A stretch of DNA of 60,575 nt, counting the filler, from Asterionella formosa (lineage: Eukaryota), in the NCBI GenBank assembly GCA_002256025.1. It is 23 parts of 23 records of this genome, joined end to end, with 100 filler letters (N's around TTAATTAATTAA, not from the genome) between each part and the next. Parts side by side here need not be neighbours in the genome. Positions count along the whole stretch, not along the records: positions 1 to 16,121 come from NKIB01005090.1; positions 16,222 to 17,222 come from NKIB01005098.1; positions 17,323 to 18,323 come from NKIB01005099.1; positions 18,424 to 19,424 come from NKIB01005100.1; positions 19,525 to 20,525 come from NKIB01005102.1; positions 20,626 to 21,626 come from NKIB01005103.1; positions 21,727 to 22,726 come from NKIB01005104.1; positions 22,827 to 23,826 come from NKIB01005105.1; 15 more parts are not named here. The stretch is one strand, 5' to 3'. This document shows, piece by piece, positions 12,398-25,058 of this stretch (its first letter is position 1; every line of letters begins with the position of its first letter). Position numbers and translations under genes: made by a program. Below the pieces are notes generated by a model, which was given only the letters and a program-made list of their open reading frames with translations, did no database searches and was not told the origin of the DNA.

Positions 12398-13384
12398 ATG
12401 CCGTCGTCCAGCACACAATACGCCATGGAAGGCGAGTGGAACAATAGCAACGTCTCGAACAAGAAGCGACCTAGGCATCGCCGCGGGAATTCGCATCAAG
12501 TTCAGGAGGAGGAGGACGACGGAGAAGGATCATTGACGTACAGCGCCGCTTCCTCCTCTTCGAGTGCAGGAGAGTCGACTGACTCGAGCCTTGCCGATAT
12601 CATGAAAGCCTTGGAAGGGGACGCTGAGTTGGCTGCCTTTTGCAAGAAGGATCCGTCCATGCAGAAGAAACTAGACAAGCTTCGAAAGCAGCAGCAGCAA
12701 CAGCAGCAGCAGCAGTCTACTGAAGCCAGCGAAGCTAGCTCTTTGAATTACAGCACAGACGGCGAATCCGCTCTGAATGGAGAGCATTTGCTACAGACCA
12801 TTACTGGGTAAGTGAAGGCGGCTCTGACGTTGCATGGCAGCGTCCGTTAGATTTAACCGTTGTCGGTCGGACCCATCTGTTTTTGAGTCCCTACTTGCTT
12901 ATCCTTACTCTGCATTTGCTACTTTGCCAGTCAACCATCCGCCTCGTATGGGCCGGACGGTGGAGGACTTGGAACTCGCCAACGCACGCAGGAAACGCTT
13001 GACAACCTCTTGTTTTGCGAAGCCGATCCATCTGTAGATACTCGAGTGGATTCCAAGTTTAGCAAAAAGGTCAGGACTCCAAAGACCAAGAATACCTCCA
13101 AGTCCAAGGAGGAGAGACGTAACCGTGACCACCGAGAGGAGTCAAGAAACCGTGAAAGCCAAAAGGAGTCACGAACTCGTGAGGACCAGGACGACGAACG
13201 ACCCCGAGACCATGTCCGCAAGGTGGAGCACTCAAAGTTGAATCCACACCCAAGAAGTAGTACACCTCCAACGGTGCCCCGCCGGAGCATCCCTGCAGTG
13301 GCGGCGGACGACGAAGTGTGGTATGCCAAATGGTGGATGTGTGGATTCACAGATGCCTTTCGGGATCTTGTCCCCAAAAGGTAA
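12398..13384 (+). CDS. Hypothetical diatom protein, 2 exons (12398..12807, 12931..13384), low-complexity with conserved-looking C-terminal VWYAKWWMCGFTDAF
   Basis: A GTAAGT donor at 12808 and a TTTGCCAG acceptor ending 12930 join ORFs 12350.. and 13010.. in frame. The protein has poly-Q, poly-S and a basic NLS-like KKRPRHRR. Confidence 0.75.
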
Positions 13385-14241
13385 CTGCTTACATGTAACT
13401 ATGTGCGCGCGAAAGCGAAAGGAACAATGTCAGGACAATCAAGTGGTTCCGCAGCAGGTTAATGCTCATTCAATCAAAATGAAATCAATCAGACAGCAAG
13501 TATGTATAGTTTTAACAATGACGCGTCTTGATGATCTAAGGAAGCGAAACGAGGTACTTGTACTCAATAGTTTGAGCAATAGTACTTAGATTTGACTTGA
13601 AACCGACACACATAATGACAGATTCTCGCTACGAGTGGTGATTGAATCAAGTCATGTTAGGACCACTCTTTGAGACAGTTGACAGTCTCATCTTTTTACG
13701 TTGGCAGGAATGCGCCATGAGCTATAATCTCATTATTTGAAACCATTGGTTTCATCAATGCATGTCCAAAGGAGAACTCATATTTGTTCACCTCACCTTG
13801 TTTGCTGAGTCATTTACATCAAGGTACAACTTTTGATACTCTTGCATCTCCTTGTGCATAATGTCTTGCTTTTGTGTCTAGAATTTGCCCCCATATGATT
13901 TATGTAATGAAAAAGCCTGAGGTACATGGAAGCCTTGGATCATTCAAGTACACTTATTCCTGAGTGCTTGCTAGTAGTCCATGACATTGGAACTTTGTTT
14001 ATACAGCAGGCTTGGGATGTAGATTCTAGTTCAGTTTTAATGATACAAGTAATAACAAAGGCAATGATATGACAGGATGTTTGCACATTTATAAAAATAA
14101 AAATTCATCACAGGGCTTTGCCCATACCAAGAATGATCCAAAAAGTACAAGGTGGGGGGACCCACTTCAATTTTGAATTTGAGATAATACCCTTAACCTT
14201 CAGTTTTATTCACAAAGCTACAAGATAGACTCATGCCAAGA

Positions 14242-14584
14242 GGGAATAGCATGGTGATTTAGCATGTTGCCTTCGATCTGAGGTTGTGAGGTTTGATTCC
14301 CACAATTTTTTGACAAGCAATTGTTGGGTTTGACTCCCACTGGTGTGTGAGAAATAGTGGGTTGCCCCCCCCCCCCCCCTACAAACAGCTTGTGCCACCT
14401 TCCTAGGCAGCCGGAGTTTCCCCTAATGCTGTGGATAAGATGATTGCCTTTCTCAAAAGGTGGTTGGGGACTCATCTATGCTAACAAAACTAGGGAAGCA
14501 CAGGTCTTGTTGGCAGGTAGCAAAATGAAAAGTCTTGCCTGGAAATAGTGGAGTACAAATGGGCTATAAAACATGCTATCCTTT
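14242..14584 (+). mobile_element. tRNA-derived SINE (family 1), 343 bp, 16-bp TSD
   Basis: The exact direct repeat tagactcatgccaaga lies at 14226..14241 and 14585..14600. The head has an A-box-like TAGCATGGTGATTTAGC and B-box-like GGTTTGATTCCC (14290..14301) and GGGTTTGACTCCC (14326..14338). Confidence 0.75.
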
Positions 14585-14848
14585 TAGACTCATGCCAAGA
14601 TCTGGTGGTTCAATTGATTAACATCAGGATATTTGTGAAGTGTTGGCAATCACTTTAACTTGTCTCTTGTGGTACAACTTTCTTGTAGCCATGAAGGTTG
14701 TAACTTAATTGCATATATGAGGAGTCAAGATTAAAAAGCAACCATTGTAATTATGGAGGAATGCCAAATTTGAGTGCCAATCATACAATGATTCTCTTAC
14801 TGGTAGTCTAGCTTTTGCATTACATAAAACTGAACTGCATGTTCTCAT

Positions 14849-15559
14849 TTAGAGAAATCCTTTATCACCAATACCAAGCTTTGGCAGGAGAATTGATATA
14901 AGGAGTAGAACAGCAAACCCAGTTGCCCGATTTGGGCCTATTCCAAGCTGGGCAATGAATGCAGCAACTGGTCCATTTGCGATACCCTTGAGTTCACATT
15001 CAAACTCAAGATCAGCATTGGGAGGAATCACTGTTCCAGCTCCACTTGAACCATAGGCAAGACTAGGGGGAATGCGAAGAATGCGTTTGCCACCGACCTT
15101 GAGACCCTGCAATTAAACCAACACAAATGACCATTTTGAGAACACAACAGCTAATGACACATATATTCATACTTTTCAATATTATTGTGCAATTATTAAA
15201 CGTACCTCCAAGCCACTCTCCCACCCTTTCAAAACTTTCCCCTCTCCCAATTTGAACGAAAATCCAGTTCCTTCATCAAATTGTTTCCCATTAGACATGA
15301 GCTTGCCTTTATATGCCACAGTGAGTACATCGCCAATTTTGGCAGAGTCTCCATCTCCTATAAGAATGTCCTTAATAGCGAGCTCCTTAGATCGTCCCGG
15401 AACATAGGAATCAAAGGGATCACTTTGTTCTGACAAAAAAAGGCGGGTCAATGGAGCGCCTTGTTGTTGTTGCTGCTGATGTTTCTGTACAACAACAAAT
15501 GCTGTTGTTGTCGTGATGAGCAATAAGGGTATCACTATTCTGCAGCAGGGCATCATCAT
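14849..15559 (-). CDS. FKBP-type peptidyl-prolyl cis-trans isomerase, plastid-targeted; exons 15559..15206 and 15106..14849
   Basis: Motifs [52 protein letters not shown] and [14 protein letters not shown] 99-nt GT..CAG intron (15107..15205) is in phase 0. The signal peptide ends TTTA-F (ASAFAP-like) and there is a C-terminal hydrophobic helix. Confidence 0.93.
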
Positions 15560-18500
15560 ACTGCTTGAATTGAATTGCTTTGGAAAATAATCAAAACAGT
15601 CGATTGATGGGTTTTAATAAAATTATAATTTGGAAATGTGCATAGGGTCGAGAAAGCGATGTACATTACCGCCTATTATATATAATTTATATACATCCAT
15701 AAATATATGTTAAGCATTCCACTAGGGATAGGTTCAAGTTGAAAAAGATTGAGGCAAGTGGAAGTGGTGATAAAAGATCGCGGCGCGGACGTTTGTTCAT
15801 CGCAAGAGATCATCGCAGAGGAGGGTGGTGGGACATGTAATTGTCGTGACAGCAGCCGCCACAATGATGGCTGATTTATATTACGGACAAGGACAGACGC
15901 GATGGAGTTATACCAGACGAGCACCGGACGCACTAGAAAAACCACGCGATGCGAATCGAAGGAGTCGAAGCTGAGAAATTAATATAGCGACAATGCGACT
16001 ATTAAGTTCTAGCTTTTAGAGTTGAATCGAACAACCAAGAATCGGCAGCTAAGACAACAAGGGAAGAAGACAGCAACCACGCGAGGTTAAACAAGAAAGT
16101 AGTAGTACAGGGGTGAAGCACNNNNNNNNNNNNNNNNNNNNNNNNNNNNNNNNNNNNNNNNNNNNTTAATTAATTAANNNNNNNNNNNNNNNNNNNNNNN
16201 NNNNNNNNNNNNNNNNNNNNNGGCAGTCGGCAGTCGGCAGAGAAGGGTGTGTCTGCGTCAGTGTCGAACAGTCATCGATCCCCAGGTCTTCCGTCGCATC
16301 AATGATGATCCTCACATCACACCCTGCCTCGTATTTGATTCACTTCTGATACCGGTAGGCGATAAAAGAGTATAGCGTCGATGTGGTAGACAAAGGATGT
16401 ACCGGTAAGGACAGCGGTGAGGCTCTCGACAGAACCTCATGGAGTTTTAATCGTCCTGACGCCAGGTCCCGGTAAATGAGTAATTTAGCTTTGTTTTCCA
16501 TAGTGTTCTGTACTGTACTGCATGTATAGCAAGGAGTGTCACTTAGCGCAACTCCAACTGGTACAGTACCTGGTACTGGGACCAGGTACAAGGTACTGTA
16601 CATATACTGTAGCTACTCTGTACTGTATCCGATATACCGGTAATCTGTTACCTGTTACCAGGTACCAGGTACCAGGTACAAGGTAGAGACGTCTACGAAT
16701 TGCTGTCATACCAGAGGAAGCAGGAAGCATGTCCAGTAAATGCAACACGGCTTATCCTTACAGTACATACTAGGAAAAGCAAGATCAAGCTAAATATCTC
16801 GAATATATGAACTTAGAGTAGAAAATACCGCCACGGCACCAAGTGCTCACAATTCTTTCTATTTCATACTGATTTTTGTGAAGCAAAGTGAAACTGAAAC
16901 TGAAACTGTCCAGGGTTTATATGTATTGAATGATCCTTCTAAGATTGGCAGGCCCACCCAGTAGGGGTGAGGTCGGGGGTTCGATACTTTCGAATGCCCC
17001 GAACTGTATCACGGACTCATAGGTAGGGATTAGGGCTGCAAAGGCACGATTTCCTTTTCTGCAGCAAGCACGGGAGATAGGGACATATAATGTCCTCCAC
17101 CACTTAATGATAATCCGGCATGATGACAACCAGGTAGAATACGGACCGTCAGTAGAAACGGTGTACTCCTTTGAGCGGTACAAGAAGCAAAAGCTCCTGC
17201 TAGCAAGAGAAGATACGGGAAGNNNNNNNNNNNNNNNNNNNNNNNNNNNNNNNNNNNNNNNNNNNNTTAATTAATTAANNNNNNNNNNNNNNNNNNNNNN
17301 NNNNNNNNNNNNNNNNNNNNNNCTGGTGCCAGTACCTGGTACCAGGTACCAGGTACAAGGCCGGGACTGATGCATGGTACGAGGTACAGTATGAAAGCTA
17401 TGTACAGTTGCAGGGTATGTAGCCTACATACGTATGTGTAGCTACATTCGTTGCCATAGAAAGTGAACCGGATCAGGTACGTTTAGTCCAGTCCTCGGAG
17501 TACCTAACTGTATTTAGGAATACAAAATAGCCACATACGACATACATACGTCTGAACCAGGACTCCGCCACATGACACCATGTTAAGAGAACAGGTACGA
17601 GCAAGTTGAGGTATTTTTGCCGGTGCTAAACGTTTAGCTATGTTTTATCCAGGGTTAAAATGTTTATTTAAGCAAAATGACAGAAACATGCAGGGTACCT
17701 GGTACCCGGGACCAGGGTACCAGGGTAACAGGTACCAGGGTGGTGCCAGTACCTGGTATGGAATCCGAGTGCCTGCAAGTTGCGGTAATTTTGCTTCTTT
17801 GTGTACAAATGTTAACGATACTTATTCCCGAAACGGACAAATATTTCACGACTCGGCAGCCGTTAAGAAATCAAAGTATGCAACTTGTAACAGCTCGCGC
17901 CGGCGGGCCGCACAAAAACGACTGGACAAAATTTGATAAATTCAGATAAATAGGGACAAAACAGGTTCTGACGAATTGCAATTTTGGTAACCGGTTCTGG
18001 TAGCCGAAAATTCATGAGGAATGCATTTTAACATGATAAGAAATACTCATACTGACCTTTCTTCGTAACCTTTTGTAATAACTCTTTAATCGCTCAAAGA
18101 CGAATGATTGACAATGTTATCTAGTCTCTTTCTATTTCAGTAGCAACGTTGTATTAGCAGCTGGCTGGCTACAACGACTCCTATTTTGTACTAGCTGGTT
18201 ACTACACAGCATTACGTACATGGTACCAACCACCTCTCAATCACCAAGATGTACACCTTATTCAGCTGCATTTCTGGTTGATGCATCTGTGTGTTTAACA
18301 GTGGTTGGCTACTGGTACTCCTTNNNNNNNNNNNNNNNNNNNNNNNNNNNNNNNNNNNNNNNNNNNNTTAATTAATTAANNNNNNNNNNNNNNNNNNNNN
18401 NNNNNNNNNNNNNNNNNNNNNNNGACGATGATGAATATATAGAACTCATGGATATAATGAACAAGAGGCGTCATAGCATACAAGAGGATGCATCGATATG

Positions 18501-19924
18501 AAAATTTAACTGTTGAAAATTAAAGTTAAAAATATAAATAATGTCAGAGAAGTAATCTAAAATATCTCTATTATCAGAGCGCAAGGACGATATTATGTAG
18601 CAGATCACCAGAATAATTTGTGTTATAATACACACATGATATAATAATTTTTTATTATCAGAGCGCGCCCAGTATCAGTACACTGGTATACTGTCATTTC
18701 AATATTGAAATACTTAACTGTTCGGCAATTGAATACAGTATACCAATTTCATACTGGCTTTCTTAAATTAATGCCCACAGTATTACTGCACTATAATATC
18801 ACTAACGTATGAATGGGCTGCCTACAACTACTGGTATGCATAGGGCATTACTGGTAGTTTCGATGACATCATACTGGAGCGTAAGCGTATACTTCACATT
18901 TGTATTGTCGGCTTCCACAAGGAATAGGTACAATTGCCAATTTGCAATCACTGAAGTATATAATAACCTTATTTTACATCTTTTGCTTCGGTTATTCATG
19001 TTACTGCTGTATTCATAGTCTTATTTGTTGTTTATGTTTGTAGTATTGTCATTTCAAAATTGCGCATCTCTAAATTACATGAAAAAATGTGCCTGCGGCG
19101 ACTTCAATTTTCGTTGTCAATATTAGTGTTATTAGGATTTGTCCTTTTACGATTTTTCTTGCTATGTCGTGTTTGAAATATGTATCAAATAGGAAAGCGT
19201 CGTTCTCATTTTTTGTTGAGATATTCGCTATTTTAATCATGGTCAACGCTGCAATGACATGATTATGAAGGATTCTCCAGCCGCTTGCAAGTACACAACC
19301 ACTACTACACTATCGGTATAGCGTATTATATATACAAAAGAATAGCAGTATTTCAGCTAAATTATTATTCCAGAGCAAATGCGTGCTATATTCTCGGGTA
19401 CTACATACAGTTGGTAGATGCTACNNNNNNNNNNNNNNNNNNNNNNNNNNNNNNNNNNNNNNNNNNNNTTAATTAATTAANNNNNNNNNNNNNNNNNNNN
19501 NNNNNNNNNNNNNNNNNNNNNNNNCCAAATGCAGATTTGTTAATTTTAAAACTTCGATCCCAATCTTGAGCATGTACGCTTTAAGGCTATGTCATTAGAT
19601 ATAAGTTTATAGCAATTGGTTTCTCCTAAAATATTGGTTGAAAAGTGCAATCGACGAAATTATTGCCAGAACACGGATTACCCCATGTTTTGAGGATTCA
19701 TTGTTATATGATATTCGCAGCTGTATACAAAAATGTCGCCTTCGATTTATTTGTTGTCTGATTCATACCATATCTTTATCCCTGTCACTTGATAGTGCCT
19801 AAGTAACTTGAGCAATATAAACTGGCGCGCCAAGTAGACCCAAATACCATCATCACCCATACACTGGAAAGGAAATGTGCACATACAAGTATACAATTTT
19901 TAGCTCATAATATGCATCCAAACT

Positions 19925-20525
19925 ATGGCAAAAAAGAAATCGACTGTGCCTTCGGGCAAGGCGGCTCGGTCTATTAGCAGCACAAACAAAGCCAGAATGA
20001 TTGAACATTGCCTATTGAACATTTCTACAAATATGGAAGTGTTGAAAGCGAACAATAATGGAAAACTACCATATGGCGCAATTTCTCGTGCTGTGCACGA
20101 TGTACAAGAACTTGTCCCATGGGTGACTACACAGAAAGTGAAATACTTTCTAAGGAAAATGAGATCATCTGGTGGCACCAGTACCAGCATGGACAAACAG
20201 CCTGAGGAGGATGTGCATGAAGAATCACAAGAAAGCGAAATATCTATGCTGACAATGGAAGGTGTAGAAAATTACAGCTATAGCAGAAAAAATCATCATC
20301 ATTCTTCCATTACTACTATGATTATGTCTGCAAGTTCTAGTTTGCCTACTGCCAGCACTACTACTGCATCAACTGAAAGCAGCAGCACCATTTCTGCCAC
20401 TACAACCCTGCCCTATGGTGGTCGTCCAAAGGGAACAACTGCAGTAGCCAGCTCCATCATGGCAGAAAAAGTGAAAGAATGTATTTCCAATTCGGCAGCA
20501 GAATATATGAGGGTGAGAGAAGAGG
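19925..20525 (+). mobile_element. N-terminal part of a probable diatom DDE (pogo-like) transposase ORF, truncated by contig end
   Basis: Open ORF with GKLPYGAI..VPWVT (HTH-like), an S/T-rich linker and AT-hook-like GGRPKGTT. The catalytic domain is not in the contig. Confidence 0.5.
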
Positions 20526-20625
20526 NNNNNNNNNNNNNNNNNNNNNNNNNNNNNNNNNNNNNNNNNNNNTTAATTAATTAANNNNNNNNNNNNNNNNNNN
20601 NNNNNNNNNNNNNNNNNNNNNNNNN

Positions 20626-21626
20626 TACCCTCTCACAAATAAAGGTCAAGCTTTTGATAAACTTGACCTCTATTGTTCCACTGTTGGCATTCCTAAGTAC
20701 CTAGTCTCTGACAATGCTGGAGAAGAAACTGGTTCAGACTGGGAACGTGTTAGGAAAAAATATCTTTTCCAACAACGCCTCACTGAGCCCTATTCCCCTT
20801 GGCAAAATAGGGCTGAACGCGAAATACAAGAATTAAAAAGACACTTCAGGCGCATCATGCACCGTGCCAAATGTCCAGAACGCTTCTGGGACTACGGTCT
20901 TGAATACACCTCTCAGATCCGTGAACGGATGGCGCGTCCTTTAACTCATGATCGAACCCCACTTGAATTGCTCACCGGTATCACCCCTGACATCTCTGAG
21001 TATTTACCATTTGATTTCTATGGCTGGGTCAAATATCATGATGTCAGGGGAGGGGGGACCGAAAATGACATTGGCCGATGGCTAGGAGTGGCAGAAAACA
21101 TTGGACAGGGTATGTGCTACTATGTACTAAAAGAAAATGGCAAAATCATTGCCCGATCCACAGTCCGTCCGCTCACGCGAGAAGAATGGCTTGATGAGAC
21201 AGAAAGAACAATGAGACATGTTTTTGACAAGCAAATTACCGAGATTTACTCTCAGTTTGACGAAACCCTTATACACAATGCGCCAAACGAGGAACTGCTG
21301 GAACCGCCTAATGCCAATGACGATATTGATTTGGTCAGTGACGAGAACGCTTACACAATGGCAGAAATTACACCTGGCCCAAATGAATTTGTCAATGCAG
21401 AGGTTTACTTACCTAAAGGGGACCGCAACGAGATTGCCAAAGTCCTCGGACGCAAAAGGAATTTGGAGGGACTCTATGTTGGCAGGAAACATGCTAACCC
21501 AAAACTAGATTCCCGAATCTTCACCGTTGAATTTCAAGATGGAGAACAACAAGATATAGCATACAATATTCTTGCAGAACACATGTACTCCCAAATTGAC
21601 ACTGAGGGTAAACAACACCGTCTTTT
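20626..21626 (+). mobile_element. Ty1/copia (CoDi-type) retrotransposon integrase fragment
   Basis: LVSDNAGEETG, TEPYSPWQNRAEREIQELK, FWDYGLEY, TGITPDISEY..FDFYGWV, GRWLGVAENIGQGMCY and ANPKLDSRIFTVEFQDG. Open across the whole contig. Confidence 0.9.
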
Positions 21627-23209
21627 NNNNNNNNNNNNNNNNNNNNNNNNNNNNNNNNNNNNNNNNNNNNTTAATTAATTAANNNNNNNNNNNNNNNNNN
21701 NNNNNNNNNNNNNNNNNNNNNNNNNNTACATGTTGGCTTACCATACACTTGATTCCAGCTTGTCGAAACAGAACTACAGCAGGAGTGCTCCAAGCATGGC
21801 CCTGTCGAAATTAATTAACTTCTAAAGAAGATGAAGACACATTGATGTGCCATGGGCTTCGATTACAAGTTTGTAATGATTGTAGATTGATAGAGCAATC
21901 ACTGATGTTGTTGTATGATTGTCAACATTACGTAAATTCATGAACCTGTGTATTTATCCATTAAATATTCTCTATGCTAATTATCCATCATGCTAGCTAG
22001 GAGTATGGTAGCTTTTTTACTTATGTACTCTGAGCATGATAACAGCCATACTGAAATTGGGCTCATGACTAATGTTTGAAAGAGTTTTTATAAAAAAGAA
22101 TTGCCGCTGACATACAGGATTGTCTCATCATGATTTGCCGTCACGGCGCACTCCTCAGCGCAGGCTGGAGATTGTGTTGCGATAATGTTGGGGATACAGG
22201 GTGAGGCAGGCAACTGAGCAACCTTACCTCTCACGGTGGATGGATATGAGATCGCGATCCTTTTGCTTTTTTTTGTACTTAGCCTCATTACGCAAGTGAA
22301 TGGATCTCCCAGCATTCAATCGCCATGTCGTACCGCTATCTTAGCGGTGTCTGATTCAGTAGTACCAGGTAACCACACATGTCGGCAGACTTATCGCAAT
22401 TTAGTCCTACATACCAGTACATTTTGAATATCTCATGCACGGTATGTACAAACAAGTATTTTTAGCTTTCGGGACATCAACAATGTACCGGTACCTGGGG
22501 AGTACCTGGTCTAAACATGATGTTCACAAAGAATAAAGTATCCAACAAAAGTGAGCGCGACAAAATCCAATTTCTCAGGCACCAGAAAAGAATGAGATAA
22601 TGCACTGTCGTTCAATATTGGTTGCATCTAGCTTTCTAACTCTAGTGCTTGTAAGTGGATGTCCCGTTGGCACCTTCTTCTCGTGATCGTTTCGACTTTT
22701 GATGTCAGCTCGTCCTTTCTAGTACANNNNNNNNNNNNNNNNNNNNNNNNNNNNNNNNNNNNNNNNNNNNTTAATTAATTAANNNNNNNNNNNNNNNNNN
22801 NNNNNNNNNNNNNNNNNNNNNNNNNNTTGGCATTCTGCAGCCATACGTAGCTCATTGCAAGTGCACATATGTGCAAAGGACTGAATGAGCTTGGTGTGAC
22901 CTTGGGACATTCGGTCAATCATGTACATACCGTGTAGCAAGCTCAGAAATTTCAAACCTGAAAAACCACCAAGGGTAGGTTTAATACTAGTGTAAAGTGG
23001 AGCTGTAGTCACTTTGACAAAAATAGACTTGAATTTACGCACTTTGTTTAAATGATGGTTGTGCATGTGGGCAATTGCTGGCTGGGCATGCATTGCAGTC
23101 TTGAGTAACTGGTGAAAAGCAGATTTCATCACCAAGGCTTCCACTGCTCCACCACCCCAGCAACAACCAAGCAGGTACCCAGTCCTACTGAACATGTGCA
23201 TACCAACCA

Positions 23210-23826
23210 TTTAACTATCAAATTAAGCAATGCTATCTATTATTCTACATGCCAGAAACCCAACGTTTCTCTCTCTACTCGGCTCAATGTATATTGTTCC
23301 TGTCTGGCCCTTTTCTTCCTCTTTTCTGAATCTTATGAGCCCATGATGGGCTCATAAGAAAGTTGAGAGTTCCTGTTGAAAGCCCGAATTGAGCAACGGC
23401 ACAGCCAAATCAAAGCAAGTGATGCATAAGTCTGTAATAGTAAATTGTCAATAAATTCTGGAAAAAGTAAGTTTCAGGTTGCTTTCCAATGTTGCCGAAT
23501 AAAACTTCCCGATTCATTTTCGTTAGCTTAACTTTGAGAGAAGGTGAACGAGGCGTGGTGTCTGTCAGTTAGCTATGTTCCATCAGAAGTGAATAGGTTC
23601 AACGACAAGAGCACTTACCAATTTTGTTTTGTTTTACATTGGTGCTCCCCAACAGGCAAAACGAGCTGTTGAACCAACTGAGAAAAAAGGAAATGTGCGT
23701 TTAGTTTACAATTTGTTGTTGTCCTGCCTCCCAATGATTGTCATCCAAGTACCACATTGATGGCTTCATTACCTTAAACATACTCCATCCTTCGAAGGCG
23801 CAATGTGTCGAAGCCACAATGTTTTT
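23210..23826 (+). repeat. Dispersed repeat, homologue at ~35080..35900
   Basis: Shared atttaactatcaaattaagcaatgctatct, tgatgcataagtctgtaatagtaa, ggtgctccccaaca and tcatccaagtaccacattgatggcttcattacctta. Confidence 0.85.
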
Positions 23827-23926
23827 NNNNNNNNNNNNNNNNNNNNNNNNNNNNNNNNNNNNNNNNNNNNTTAATTAATTAANNNNNNNNNNNNNNNNNN
23901 NNNNNNNNNNNNNNNNNNNNNNNNNN

Positions 23927-24926
23927 GCTATATGACCCAAACGGGAAAAAACTCTGTCACAATTACCACCATCATCACAACATACAGAGTGTCCCAGGTA
24001 TCAATGCCTCAACACAGGGATGGAATGATGTATCACCAACAATATACATTATTTATGTCAAAACAGGATTAAAAATCCAAACCTGAGGGGACAATTTGTA
24101 ACCAACATAATTTTTTTCATCAATGAACAGCAGAGGAAGGGCAGGGAAATACTATTGATGATGGATGCCAATGAGAAAGTTGGCATAACCTCCCAGGGAA
24201 TCGCAGCACTGCTAAGTGAATTTTTATTGATAGATCTTCTACAACATCGTCATCATAATCTACAAAGCCTGGAAACCTAGCTACAACAGGGGTACAAAAA
24301 CAATCGATCATATGTTGGGAACTTCAAATTGTAATGAGACAGTGGAAAGGTGTGGGATACTCCCATTTTACCATCATATACAAGCAGACCATTGAGCAAT
24401 ATACATCGATTTTAATGCAAACAAGTTAGTCAGAGGAAACCAAAACAAAATCACAGAGTTCGAAAAAAGACAGTGCCAGTCTACAAACCCTGAGGAATGC
24501 ACAAAATACCTGAAGTCAGTCAAAAACTATTTGAGAATACACAAGATAGCAAGCAAGGATGGATGCACTAGATGTGTTGATTGCAACAAGGGAAGAAATA
24601 CAGGTTGAATGGGAAAAACTGGATTGCAACATAGTTTGGGCATTGATAATAGGCAAGAAGCCAGTAAGGAAACCAATGGGGAAACAATCATGTTCCAAGA
24701 AATTGAGGACAGCAGCTTATACATATCAATATTGGAAATGAAGGTATAAAAAACATCAAAACAGGATTGAAGAGGATGATGTGATGGAAGAACTCTGCTT
24801 CATAACAGGAATTCCGCAAAATGATAGGTGCATTGGTTGCTCCAGGGAAATCCTGTTATCAAATGTAGGACCAGTGAGACACAACTAAGAGCTGTTCAAA
24901 ACGGTCGATGTGGAGCGCAATGGCAA
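23927..24926 (+). mobile_element. Degenerate non-LTR retrotransposon (LINE) APE-type endonuclease region, copy A
   Basis: The frameshifted reading gives TIITTYRV, YHQQY, EILLMMDANE, SYNRGTKTIDHMLG and CGILPF..QADH*AIYIDF, matching the EEP-fold motifs GD.N, SDH and RID. Confidence 0.75.
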
Positions 24927-25058
24927 NNNNNNNNNNNNNNNNNNNNNNNNNNNNNNNNNNNNNNNNNNNNTTAATTAATTAANNNNNNNNNNNNNNNNNN
25001 NNNNNNNNNNNNNNNNNNNNNNNNNNAGCATGTACCGGTAATCACCATCACATTCGTC

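Noticed and set aside
16965..17005. B-box-like GGTTCGATAC suggesting a third SINE
   Set aside because: No convincing A-box, acceptor stem or TSD is visible before the contig ends.
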